Shown one piece after another: positions 39,266 through 48,772 of a stretch of 55,519 bases of DNA. The stretch lies in IMG/VR virus record IMGVR_UViG_3300010401_000041, positions 1 through 55,519 of that record. One strand, written 5' to 3'. A program made the translations under genes and the position numbers. Below the pieces are notes generated by a model. It saw only the letters and a list, made by a program, of their open reading frames with translations. It ran no database searches and was not told the origin of the DNA. Numbering within the stretch: position 1 is the stretch's first letter; the number at the start of each line of letters is the position of its first letter. Source of the DNA: a virus. Its lineage: Duplodnaviria; Caudoviricetes.

Positions 39266-40171
39266 ATGAAGTCTACAAAAACATTCAACAACATTTCCCC
39301 TGAATTAAAAGCGCAAATACCTAAATTAAAACCGGGCGAAATTGTAACATTTCAAATGTTGCACGGCACTCCAAATCCAGAACCAGACGAAAAGGAAAGG
39401 AGTAAGTCCCCCATTTTATATGGTAAACGACAAGTGCTTACAATGTTCAGGATTTACGACGAGCATATAAAAGATGAATCCGGGAAAAAAGTTGGTGGAT
39501 ATGTAGATATGGGTTGTGTTGATGGATGGGTAGGCGATACTCCAAGTCGTTTCAGATGTTTCGTTCCGGGGCAGGGGCAATCCAGCCAGTTTCAAGGAAA
39601 ATTTTCCTTGTCAGCCGGTAACGTTCAGGATGAAGAATTGTATGAAATACTTTGGTTATCTCCTGAGAGAGAGGGATCACCTTGTTCTGATATTTCCGTT
39701 GAAAAATTATTCAAAATAATTGACCTTAAAGGGGATAGCAAACAAACCTTTAGTAAGGTTGCACTTCTAAGAAAATCACTGAAGTATGCTGATGAAATAA
39801 CAGTTGAAAAGGCTCGTCAGGTAATGGCAGCACTGAATCAGCCCAATTATCAGGATGAAGAAGTGCTAAAGGCAAAAGTTGCTGAAATAGCCAGAGACAA
39901 CTATGAGCAATTTATCAAGACTTATGAAAGTGAAGAAACAGTTCTTATTGCTCAATTAAAAGAGGCTGTTGATGGCGGTGTACTGAAACATTCAATGAAA
40001 GACGGTGCATTGACTTTAGGGGATGTAAAAGTCGCTACATTGAAAATAGATAGCCCAGAATTATTAATTCCAGCTATTGTGCAGTGGATAAATAGTGCTG
40101 AAAATGGTAAGGATGTTCTGTCTAATATTCAAAAACAATTAGCGACTAAAAAAGAATTAAAAGTTAGCTAA
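39266..40171 (+). CDS. Conserved crAss-like post-capsid protein of unknown function
   Basis: 301 aa directly after the capsid gene, matching crAss-like gene order. Confidence 0.6.
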   Translation: MKSTKTFNNISPELKAQIPKLKPGEIVTFQMLHGTPNPEPDEKERSKSPILYGKRQVLTMFRIYDEHIKDESGKKVGGYVDMGCVDGWVGDTPSRFRCFVPGQGQSSQFQGKFSLSAGNVQDEELYEILWLSPEREGSPCSDISVEKLFKIIDLKGDSKQTFSKVALLRKSLKYADEITVEKARQVMAALNQPNYQDEEVLKAKVAEIARDNYEQFIKTYESEETVLIAQLKEAVDGGVLKHSMKDGALTLGDVKVATLKIDSPELLIPAIVQWINSAENGKDVLSNIQKQLATKKELKVS

Positions 40172-40189
40172 CAATTTAAATTTACTATA

Positions 40190-40714
40190 GTGGCCTATAC
40201 CGTAAATTTCACTTACTCGCAAGCGTATGGAAATATTACGCTGGCTACACTTATTGACACAAGCACAGGAACCGATCCGGGAATAACGGGTCGGCTTGTG
40301 TATTTGCGCAAAGCAGACGGAACCTATCTGGTTCCTATGAATACTACTACAAGTTATATTTTTTGGCCGGTTGTTTCAGGAACTGGGGACACTATTAATA
40401 TTAATATCTTAGATCAAGATTACGCTCTGGACGTTACGGTTATTTGGTATACGGGATCAACAGAATATAATAGAGTAACTACACTTTGCTTATTCAGGGC
40501 GTATGCTGAAAGATTCTTAAGACAACTCACATTTGCACAGGCTGGCAGACCTAAATTATTGGATAACGACAATTACTGGACTGCGAAATGTAAACTAAGA
40601 ACTTTGGTCGATGACGCAGTTCAAGGGGTTGCTCTCATTAATGACCAGACAATTGCCCAATACGCATTGGAAGCTGCTAAAGAAATGATCGATAACCCAT
40701 CATTATTTTATTAA
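40190..40714 (+). CDS. Putative structural protein
   Basis: 174 aa with an Ig-like beta N-half and helical C-half; GTG start. Confidence 0.6.
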   Translation: MAYTVNFTYSQAYGNITLATLIDTSTGTDPGITGRLVYLRKADGTYLVPMNTTTSYIFWPVVSGTGDTININILDQDYALDVTVIWYTGSTEYNRVTTLCLFRAYAERFLRQLTFAQAGRPKLLDNDNYWTAKCKLRTLVDDAVQGVALINDQTIAQYALEAAKEMIDNPSLFY

Positions 40715-41280
40715 TGGCGTACTCAATTCCAAATATAATTTTATGGGCTAAGATTACGCAAGGGTTGGCGTCTCTCAATGAACCTAAAAAAAAGGCACTC
40801 ATTGGAGGAAGTGTAGACGTTAACTTGGATAATATCTTACGCATTGAACGAACAAGTCTTGAATGGCAGTACGCGCAAGACCCAACAGATGCAGACGGAT
40901 ATTTATTTCCAATGGGGAACTATGTTCTTGCACTCATTGGCGCGTACCTTTCGGATGCACAACAGGCAGCAGGCGGTGGTGGCGGAAGCGTTACGCCAAT
41001 TACTCCGGGTGTCACATTGCCAATACCTTATGATTTTGAAATTACGCCTTCTAGTTTCCCTATTGCAGACGGAGGAAATAATATTTTCTTAGATGGAACT
41101 AATGGGACACAAAATTTCATAGGTTATAATGTGATTTTTGTTAGAAATGGAATAACGCAATCAACAATAGGATTGTCTGTTGGAAGTTCTTACTTTGGGT
41201 GGAGTAGATTGGACGGCAAGTTTACGTGTATTCCAAATGCGTCGCTCGGGGAAATATTTACTATTATTCCCGTAGGGTAA
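40714..41280 (+). CDS. Putative structural (collar/fibre-attachment) protein
   Basis: Helical N-half, GGGGGS linker, beta C-domain (VRNGITQ). Confidence 0.55.
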   Translation: MAYSIPNIILWAKITQGLASLNEPKKKALIGGSVDVNLDNILRIERTSLEWQYAQDPTDADGYLFPMGNYVLALIGAYLSDAQQAAGGGGGSVTPITPGVTLPIPYDFEITPSSFPIADGGNNIFLDGTNGTQNFIGYNVIFVRNGITQSTIGLSVGSSYFGWSRLDGKFTCIPNASLGEIFTIIPVG

Positions 41281-41293
41281 CTCGTTAAAAAAA

Positions 41294-41539
41294 ATGGATA
41301 TTATACAAACGGTCGTAGGCGAAATAGGAGGCCCAATACCCGGACAGATGACTTATATAAATGATAAATTAAAAGGAGCAGTTGTCCAGTTTTTAATAGT
41401 AGATAATGTTCCAGAAAATTGTTTAGACCCAGACCCGGATTTTTTTAATAATCCCATAAAGGGAGAGATAAGAAGAAAAAATCAATGGGACTTAGGAAAC
41501 AAATTGATCGTTGTCTATTCACCAAATTGCAGTTGCTAA
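41294..41539 (+). CDS. Small putative structural protein
   Basis: 81 aa; resembles the C-domain of the preceding gene in character. Confidence 0.55.
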   Translation: MDIIQTVVGEIGGPIPGQMTYINDKLKGAVVQFLIVDNVPENCLDPDPDFFNNPIKGEIRRKNQWDLGNKLIVVYSPNCSC

Positions 41540-41547
41540 AAAATATC

Positions 41548-44500
41548 ATGAAACGAATACTGTTTATATTTTCTTTTTTGATTTGTGCGGTTACGTGCTT
41601 CTCTCAAACTATTCAAACACTTGGTGCGCCCGGAACAAATGTAGTAAGCAGGGGGATGTTGACGGCGGACACTGCATTAGGATTGAGAACAAACTATATT
41701 GATACTATAAATGCCAATAGAGGAAGCTATTTAAAAAATAATCCCGGCGCAATAATAAGAACTGGTAACGCTGTTTGGATAAGAGATTCACTAGCAAAAT
41801 CGTGGGTGCAGATGGGATCAGGTGGAACGATTGGAAATACAATTTATTCAGGAGATGGGAACATCGTAAGCGATAGAACATTAAGCGGATCAAATCTCTT
41901 TTCCCTAAATTTAGATAGTCTTTCAGAATTTAATGTTACTGCTCATAACTTTGCAGGAACTCGTTCAGGGTACATTCAAATAGCCCCCAACCTTTCAGGA
42001 TTCAGCACCCAAGATGAATTTGGCTACGAGAACAACATCTTTGGAGATGGAAGAAACGGAATCATAATTCAATCCGATAGTTCCAATGCTCACGGAATGG
42101 CTCTCACATTAGATGCCGATAGTTTTAAAATAGTTTATCAAAACCGTGACCCAAATATCTTATCCTCTCTCGGAGATTACAAACTTTTAGCCATTAGCCC
42201 TACAGGGGGATTGGTCAATTATACGGGAAGTGCAGGTGCGCCATTCATTGATTCATTACAGTTGGATTCTCTAATGAAGCGATTTGATTTAGCTGGGTGG
42301 GGAGATTCTTTTACAAGGGGTTTTGTCGATTTATTGGGTGGATATCCTGAATGGTTGGCAAATCAGGCCGGTAGGCAAATGACAAATAATGGGATCGGTG
42401 GAGCAACAAGTCAAGTCATTAGAACTGCATTTTTAGCAGATAGATCACAATGGTTAAGGGGTACAATTATCTGGTCGGGCTACAATAATCGCGATCAAGT
42501 TGCGGTTGTTACGGCTGATACCAAACAAATGGTGGATTCATTAATTGCTGCCGGTAATACCCGTTACCTTATTCTTACAATCCCTAATGGCCCCGGTGAT
42601 TCTCTTGTTGGTTCAACTTCTTACAACTATTACGATTCGATTATAAAAATACAGAACAATCTTACTGCACTATATCCGGGACACGTTGGAGATGTAAGAG
42701 CTTTTTTAGTTTCAAAATATAATCCCGCGTTACCAGCCGACGTTACAGCACACAATCAGCACCAAATTCCTCCTTCGTTAAGGAATGTTGATCTTGTTCA
42801 TTTAACCACACAAGGATATTATTATGTTGCAAGATTTATAGATAGTTTATACGGGAATATTGTTTATAATAGACAATATAGCAATTACGTCATAGATGCC
42901 AATAGAATCATAAACCTAACACAAGGGCTTTTGCCAAATATAGGGATTCAGGATTCAGGGTCTTTCTATATAGGAAATCTTCCTTTCGCTTATCGCCCCA
43001 ATAGATATACTTCTCCAAACACAATGATATTTGGTGATGGTGGTCGATTACTTACAACAGGACAAGATGAAACAGTATTGGGATATGGTGCAGGATTGGC
43101 ATTAACAAGTGGGAACGCTAACCATTTATTTGGGTATAACGTAGGAAAACTTCTTACTACTGGGTATTCAAATACTGCAATGGGAAGTAGTTCAATGACC
43201 AATAGTGCAACTGCGTTTGAGAATACGGCATTTGGTTTTCAGACGATGCTAGGTACAGGTGCATTCGCACGAAATGTTGCAGTTGGAGTATCAGCATTAA
43301 GAACAAACACAGATGGCACAGATAACACAGCAATTGGCGCGTCTGCTCTCGGTGCGAATGATGGAGGCAGTAACAATGCAGTGGTAGGACGGGCAGCAGC
43401 ATCGGCAGGAACGCCCGTAAATAGAACTTCTATTATTGGTACTGAAGGTTGTTATCCTTGTGCAGTCGCAGATAATAGTGGAATAGGCTATCAGGTGTTA
43501 CGTAATAACGTAGGCGGCACACGCAATTCAATAATGGGAGAGCAAGGATTTTTCAGCAATGAATCTGGCAACGATAATTCATCTGTGGGCTATAGAGCAG
43601 GGTTTGGTACAAATGGATTCAATACTTCATCATATAGGAATACTGCAATTGGAACATGGGCTATTACTCAAATAAGAAGTCAGGCAAATGATAACATAGC
43701 ATTGGGTTACAAAGCCATCATGGATTCTATTACAGGGTCAAACAACATTGCAATCTGTGATAGTTGTGATTTGCAATCCCGCACCGGAAGTGATCAAGGA
43801 ACAATTGGTAATGTTATATTTATCAATGGAGGTATGGGGCATGGAACAACGGTAGGAATAGGTAGAGTAAGTATAGGAACCGCAACAGCAAATGCTTCGG
43901 CCTTATTAGATATTTCAAGTACAACAAAAGGTATATTATGGTCTCGAATGACTAATGTTCAAATGAATGCAATAAGTAGTCCAGCTACTGGTTTGCACGT
44001 ATATAATACCGATTCTTTACAGGATTATCAATATAATGGAAGTGCATGGGTTAAGGTAGGTAGTACTGTAGCAGCAGGAAGCGTATCAAGTGTTTCAGGA
44101 ACGGCTAATAGAATTACTTCAAGCGGAGGCACTACTCCGGTTATTGATATTGCAGCAACATACGTTGGACAAACTTCTTTAACAACACTTGGAACCGTTA
44201 CGATCGGAACATTAAGTACGGGCGCGGTAATCGGTGGTGTAACAATGACACTTGGTAGCGATGCAGCCAATGATATTTATTATCGAAACGGATCAGGGGT
44301 TTTAACAAGATTGGCTAATGGAACTACTGGACAGTTTTTAGCAGCTACCACAGGTTCTGCGCCATCTTGGTCAACACCTTCTGCTGGCGGTAGCCCCGGA
44401 GGAAGTGATACATATGTTCAATTCAATAGGAATGGTGTATTTGCCGGTGTTGATTCATTAACGTGGACAGCAAACGGGCTAGATACTAAATACAGGTATC

Positions 44501-45924
44501 GTATAAATGGCGTTCAGGTTGCATGGCTTCCTAATCAAACTAGTTTTCCAAGTGTAATGTATATAGGCAATGGTACAGGTTCTGCATTAGCTGCCGGTGC
44601 TACCCTTAATACAGCAGTAGGGTTAGGTGGAGCTTTGGGTGCTAATACAACAGGTGCAAGCGTTACAGCAATAGGATCAAGAGCTTTTCAAGCTAATACA
44701 ACAGGAAGTAATAATACAGGTGTTGGAGATGCTCCCGGTTTTAGCAATACAACTGGTGCTGGTAATACCTACTTAGGTAAATCGGCAGGACAAAGTAATC
44801 AAACAGCTTCAAATATAGTTGCTGTTGGCGCATCTGCATTTTTAAATAATACTGCTGCGCAAGGGATAGCAATTGGTGCAACAGCGGGTAATGGAAATAC
44901 ATCCGGCCCGGATAACGTATTAATTGGATTTCAGGCAGCATTTCAAAATTCAACAGGAGGGGGCAATACAATAGTTGGAACACAGGCAGCGGTTGGTGTT
45001 TCTTCTAATAACTTTTCAAACAATACTTACATTGGGTATAAAGTAGCAAACGCAAATACAACAGGTAGCGGAAATATTGCCATAGGGGATAGTGCAGCCC
45101 GTACATTGACAACCGCGATACGATCTATTACTATCGGAACCAACTTAACAGAAAATGGCAACTTCTCTTTGAATATAGGAGGGGCTATTTTTGGAACTGG
45201 GATGACCGCAACGGGAACAAGCGCAGCTGGTAATATAGGTATTGGAATAACAACACCACGTGAAGTATTAGACGTTAACGGCATCTTAAGTATAAGAACA
45301 GTTAATGCAGGTGTTTCAGTTGATAGTGTATTGATATATGAAGATGGCCGCGTAAAATCTATTGCAGGAAATTTGCTTGGTGCTACCGCTTCAACTGGAT
45401 TAACTAATACAACAGGTACATGGACTGCTGATCTTTCTACAGGCGTTTCCGGTGGTCAAACATTAAGGGGCGGTACTGCTGCAAATAATCAATTAATTGT
45501 AAGAGGTAGTATTGCCGCTTCAGGAAGCACAGTAACAAATCCAGACGTTACATTTGTAGTTGGAGATGGTGCAGGAACGACAACTTTCCAACTTAGGAAA
45601 GACGCTTCTATTTTACATTATGGGTCAATGTGGACTCCGATTAGGACTGTCACTACAACAACTACAAGTACGGTGACGGATTATACTATATTAGTAGATG
45701 CAAGTGGTGGCGCGGTTACTATTAATCTTATTGCAGCAGCATCTTTCTTCAATACAAGTACGGGGGGCGTATTAATAATTAAGAAAATAGATGCCTCTGC
45801 AAATACTGTAACTATCGATGCAAATGGGTCTGAAACAATTGATGGGGCAACAACGCAAACGCTATTGACACAGTGGAGTAGTTATACAATTCAAGATAAT
45901 GGTACTGCTTGGTTCGTCCTTTAA
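41548..45924 (+). CDS. Tail fibre/spike-like protein with a signal peptide, SGNH hydrolase domain and beta-solenoid repeats
   Basis: ATG 41548 gives MKRILFIFSFLICAVTCFSQ. SGNH blocks: GDSFT, GIGG, GYNN, DLVH. Two arrays of N-T-A-x-G repeats, fibre motifs SALLDISSTTKG and IGIGITTP..LDVNG, and C-terminal IKKID...VTIDANGSETIDG. Confidence 0.8.
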   Translation: MKRILFIFSFLICAVTCFSQTIQTLGAPGTNVVSRGMLTADTALGLRTNYIDTINANRGSYLKNNPGAIIRTGNAVWIRDSLAKSWVQMGSGGTIGNTIYSGDGNIVSDRTLSGSNLFSLNLDSLSEFNVTAHNFAGTRSGYIQIAPNLSGFSTQDEFGYENNIFGDGRNGIIIQSDSSNAHGMALTLDADSFKIVYQNRDPNILSSLGDYKLLAISPTGGLVNYTGSAGAPFIDSLQLDSLMKRFDLAGWGDSFTRGFVDLLGGYPEWLANQAGRQMTNNGIGGATSQVIRTAFLADRSQWLRGTIIWSGYNNRDQVAVVTADTKQMVDSLIAAGNTRYLILTIPNGPGDSLVGSTSYNYYDSIIKIQNNLTALYPGHVGDVRAFLVSKYNPALPADVTAHNQHQIPPSLRNVDLVHLTTQGYYYVARFIDSLYGNIVYNRQYSNYVIDANRIINLTQGLLPNIGIQDSGSFYIGNLPFAYRPNRYTSPNTMIFGDGGRLLTTGQDETVLGYGAGLALTSGNANHLFGYNVGKLLTTGYSNTAMGSSSMTNSATAFENTAFGFQTMLGTGAFARNVAVGVSALRTNTDGTDNTAIGASALGANDGGSNNAVVGRAAASAGTPVNRTSIIGTEGCYPCAVADNSGIGYQVLRNNVGGTRNSIMGEQGFFSNESGNDNSSVGYRAGFGTNGFNTSSYRNTAIGTWAITQIRSQANDNIALGYKAIMDSITGSNNIAICDSCDLQSRTGSDQGTIGNVIFINGGMGHGTTVGIGRVSIGTATANASALLDISSTTKGILWSRMTNVQMNAISSPATGLHVYNTDSLQDYQYNGSAWVKVGSTVAAGSVSSVSGTANRITSSGGTTPVIDIAATYVGQTSLTTLGTVTIGTLSTGAVIGGVTMTLGSDAANDIYYRNGSGVLTRLANGTTGQFLAATTGSAPSWSTPSAGGSPGGSDTYVQFNRNGVFAGVDSLTWTANGLDTKYRYRINGVQVAWLPNQTSFPSVMYIGNGTGSALAAGATLNTAVGLGGALGANTTGASVTAIGSRAFQANTTGSNNTGVGDAPGFSNTTGAGNTYLGKSAGQSNQTASNIVAVGASAFLNNTAAQGIAIGATAGNGNTSGPDNVLIGFQAAFQNSTGGGNTIVGTQAAVGVSSNNFSNNTYIGYKVANANTTGSGNIAIGDSAARTLTTAIRSITIGTNLTENGNFSLNIGGAIFGTGMTATGTSAAGNIGIGITTPREVLDVNGILSIRTVNAGVSVDSVLIYEDGRVKSIAGNLLGATASTGLTNTTGTWTADLSTGVSGGQTLRGGTAANNQLIVRGSIAASGSTVTNPDVTFVVGDGAGTTTFQLRKDASILHYGSMWTPIRTVTTTTTSTVTDYTILVDASGGAVTINLIAAASFFNTSTGGVLIIKKIDASANTVTIDANGSETIDGATTQTLLTQWSSYTIQDNGTAWFVL

Positions 45925-45935
45925 AATATAAAACA

Positions 45936-46370
45936 ATGAAAACATCGCATTGGGTTGTACTTATTATTGGAGTTGCAATTTTATCAACTATTGCTGGTAA
46001 ATCTATTCCATCTCATTTACCTATTCGCGTTTTCAGGCATACAGGGGAAGTTGATTTAGGAGGCACAAGAATTTATGCAGATACTATAACGCCCACCACT
46101 GGCAACGGATTCTCTATTGATATTTCACCGGCAGGATTTTCATCTATCCCGCGCGTTCAGATAACCCCAATGAGAAACACAAATGTCGTTACAAGTGTCC
46201 CCAATATTGCTATCAAATCAGTTTCCACTACGACCATTGTGGTAAATATCACAGAGGGGAATTCGGCGACTGTTAACATCTTGGGGAATATAGTAACACT
46301 GGGATCGCCAACAATTTTCACCCCAACGCCCGGAACTATTTTACTAAATGTTCAAGCAGTCGGAAATTAA
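45936..46370 (+). CDS. Fibre-associated beta protein with an N-terminal signal/TM segment
   Basis: MKTSHWVVLIIGVAILSTIAG; GFSSIP.VQIT...SVSTTTI..N pattern like gp53/H-type-lectin fibre modules. Confidence 0.6.
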   Translation: MKTSHWVVLIIGVAILSTIAGKSIPSHLPIRVFRHTGEVDLGGTRIYADTITPTTGNGFSIDISPAGFSSIPRVQITPMRNTNVVTSVPNIAIKSVSTTTIVVNITEGNSATVNILGNIVTLGSPTIFTPTPGTILLNVQAVGN

Positions 46371-46393
46371 TATATCTTTGAAAAAACTAATTT

Positions 46394-47464
46394 ATGGCTA
46401 TTCTCTTCGCTCCAAAAAAACTATCAGACTTCAGATTAACAGGACATCAATATTGTTGCCCTGATTCTATTACCGATGGAACGTTGCCAGATGGTACACC
46501 TTGTGTGAAATATTTGCTGCGTCCTACAGATGCAAGGGTAAGTAGTTCTATAAGGGCTGAAGCGGAATATCCGGCCGGGGTGGATGTGGGCGAAGAAGAT
46601 GAAAGATGGTACGGGTTGACCTTCTTCTTTGAGCAATATGACAAAGACCCAACACCGGAAAGTATTTTTCAATTCCATGACAACGACGGCTCAACCCCTC
46701 CCGGCTCAATCCAAGTGAATAACGGAAGGCTTTTGTACATGAGAGCCACTAAGAAAGAAGGCAACACCCCCTATGATATTGGAGCATTAGAATTGAATAA
46801 AAACGTGAACATTGTCATTCATGTTAAATGGAGTATATCGGCAATTGGCATTGTAGAAGTATGGAAAGACGGAGTTAAAGTTGTATCTAAACAAAACGTT
46901 GTAACTAATTGTAGCAAAGGCAATTACGGTAAATGTGGAATTAATAAATGGAGTTGGGATAAAGATACTCTGTGGTCAACAATTAAAACACCGCGCAGAT
47001 ATTCTATTGGTAATCTTAAAATCGGTGATGCAAAAAGTTCTTACAACGAAGTTGCTCCCGGTGCTGTTGTAGTAGTTCCACCAGTTGTATTGCCAAATCA
47101 AGCACCTATTGCAAATGCAGGGGCAGATCAAACAATAAAACTCCCCTTGAATGATATTGTATTGGATGGAAGCGGTTCAACAGATAAAGACGGCAAGATT
47201 GTTTCCTATAGGTGGTCTGCGCAAAATGGCGTGACACTAGGAACGTCTGCATCTCTTCAATTGAATGATCTCACAGAGGGGAATTATAAATACATCCTAA
47301 CAGTTACAGATGACAAAGGCGCAACAGGAACCGACGATGTTTCAGTAACAGTATTAGCAGCCGATCCATTACCAGCACCAAAGATTATCTCTACCATTAC
47401 CACAGTTGAAATTGATTTCGATAATGGCGCAAAAGAGTTTTGGAAGAACGGAGTTAAACAATAA
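46394..47464 (+). CDS. Polysaccharide lyase-like jelly-roll protein with a PKD domain
   Basis: IRAE, WYG..F, IFQFH, G.VEVWKDG and Y.K.GI.K motifs; C-terminal NQAPIANAGADQ...LDGSGSTDKDG.I.SY.W...LTVTDDKGA PKD domain. Confidence 0.78.
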   Translation: MAILFAPKKLSDFRLTGHQYCCPDSITDGTLPDGTPCVKYLLRPTDARVSSSIRAEAEYPAGVDVGEEDERWYGLTFFFEQYDKDPTPESIFQFHDNDGSTPPGSIQVNNGRLLYMRATKKEGNTPYDIGALELNKNVNIVIHVKWSISAIGIVEVWKDGVKVVSKQNVVTNCSKGNYGKCGINKWSWDKDTLWSTIKTPRRYSIGNLKIGDAKSSYNEVAPGAVVVVPPVVLPNQAPIANAGADQTIKLPLNDIVLDGSGSTDKDGKIVSYRWSAQNGVTLGTSASLQLNDLTEGNYKYILTVTDDKGATGTDDVSVTVLAADPLPAPKIISTITTVEIDFDNGAKEFWKNGVKQ

Positions 47465-47485
47465 CGAACTAATAAAATATATCCA

Positions 47486-47881
47486 ATGCAAGAAGACTTT
47501 ATACTCATCCTATGCGGTATTGCGGGAGTGTTGTTTCAATGCTTATTGAAATTAAACGGACTGCTGAATGATGCCAGAACCGCAAACATAAACTTCAGTT
47601 GGAAGAAAGACTACGTAAAAAGAGATTTTGTCTCTATCATGATTTCGTTCCTTTCTGTTGCTATCTGGTATTTAATCTTTCGTGAAGTATCTGCAAAGTC
47701 TGAAGCAGTCGCCAATCTTAAAAGAGTTTCATTCGTAACAATGGGAGGCATTGGCTCATTTGTTATTCAGTACTTCATGGGAGGTGCAAAGAATTGGGTA
47801 CGACAAATTATTGACCATAAAACAGATTTGGCAGATGGCAAGAATCCTAAAACACCCTTGCCGCCTGACTTTAAACCATAA
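47486..47881 (+). CDS. Putative holin (about 3 TM segments)
   Basis: Three hydrophobic segments and a charged C-tail; first gene of the lysis region. Confidence 0.55.
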   Translation: MQEDFILILCGIAGVLFQCLLKLNGLLNDARTANINFSWKKDYVKRDFVSIMISFLSVAIWYLIFREVSAKSEAVANLKRVSFVTMGGIGSFVIQYFMGGAKNWVRQIIDHKTDLADGKNPKTPLPPDFKP

Positions 47882-47892
47882 AAATTAATACA

Positions 47893-48063
47893 ATGGCAGA
47901 CGTTACAAAGTTTACCAATAAGGAATTATCCGATGAAATGGTAAGCAATAATTTGGGATTAAAAGGAGATGCAAAAACAGAGCTTGATGCTAGAATGGTA
48001 GCAGCGGGAGTGGACAATAAGAAGGGATTCGATCACCCGACCCAACCACCACCAAATCCATGA
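47893..48063 (+). CDS. 56-aa peptide with a Pro-rich C-terminus (not in the ORF track)
   Basis: MADVTKFTNKELSDEMVSNNLGLKGDAKTELDARMVAAGVDNKKGFDHPTQPPPNP*; A-rich leader; its TGA overlaps the next ATG. Confidence 0.7.
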   Translation: MADVTKFTNKELSDEMVSNNLGLKGDAKTELDARMVAAGVDNKKGFDHPTQPPPNP

Positions 48064-48422
48064 TCAAAGTAGGTATTAGTCTGTTTTTATTGGGAATGTT
48101 TTGCGCCTAGCTCATGGCAGTTGATCATAATTCTACGTGGGCATGGGCTTACTATATTTGGGATAAATCGGCTGGCGGTGGGTGTTTGACGTGGTATTGC
48201 ATATATAAATTATACTACAGAAAAAATGTTGTTTTACCTGTAGTTGCCTTTAGTTTTATTCGTTTTATTTGGGAAATAATTTCTGCATGTACGGGAATAA
48301 CCGTAAATAATGAGATTGCAATTGCGGTATTATTTTTGGCCTTAGTCGTTGTAACGGGATATTTAACTCTTAACGAAAAGAGCCGCCCCAATATATGGCT
48401 ATCAAAACAATTGAAGATATAA
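48060..48422 (+). pseudogene. Multi-TM membrane protein with an in-frame TAG at codon 17 (pseudogene, read-through or sequencing error)
   Basis: ATG 48060 (ATGA coupling) reads MIKVGISLFLLGMFCA, then TAG (48108-48110), then LMAVDH..., in frame with ORF 48114..48422. Confidence 0.55.
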
Positions 48423-48772
48423 ACGAACGTATGCGTCAAGCGTTAATAAATGTACTTTTGTTGGATGAAACCAAACGGCGGCTAACAATGGCAGAAATTA
48501 CGGCAAAGGCTATATTCTTTTTCGGATTGTATTTACCCATGTACGTGTACACTATGGTCATTACTTTTGCCGACGTTAGATTTTGGATTCTTACCGCTTT
48601 CTCTATAATTGTTGGCTCATTCAGGTTTGTTAGATGGCTTCGCAGGGATGACAGAAAGAATGAAGCCTTACTAATAGATAATGAAATGAAACGATTATCA
48701 CAACGTGAAAAGGAAATAGAGTTAATGGAAAGAGAAGTTTCAATCATGGAGAGGCGCGCACGAATTGTATGA
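48395..48772 (+). CDS. Holin-like two-TM protein with a coiled-coil C-tail
   Basis: Two hydrophobic segments then a charged helix; just before the spanin; start uncertain. Confidence 0.55.
   Translation: MAIKTIEDINERMRQALINVLLLDETKRRLTMAEITAKAIFFFGLYLPMYVYTMVITFADVRFWILTAFSIIVGSFRFVRWLRRDDRKNEALLIDNEMKRLSQREKEIELMEREVSIMERRARIV

Noticed and set aside
41485-41547. Upstream start of the fibre ORF given in the track
   Set aside because: It overlaps the previous gene; ATG 41548 follows that gene's stop with an A-rich leader and yields a clean signal peptide.
43050-45100. Repeats in the fibre as a CRISPR array or a diversity-generating retroelement
   Set aside because: They are degenerate protein-level beta-solenoid repeats; no reverse transcriptase or TR/VR pair was seen.
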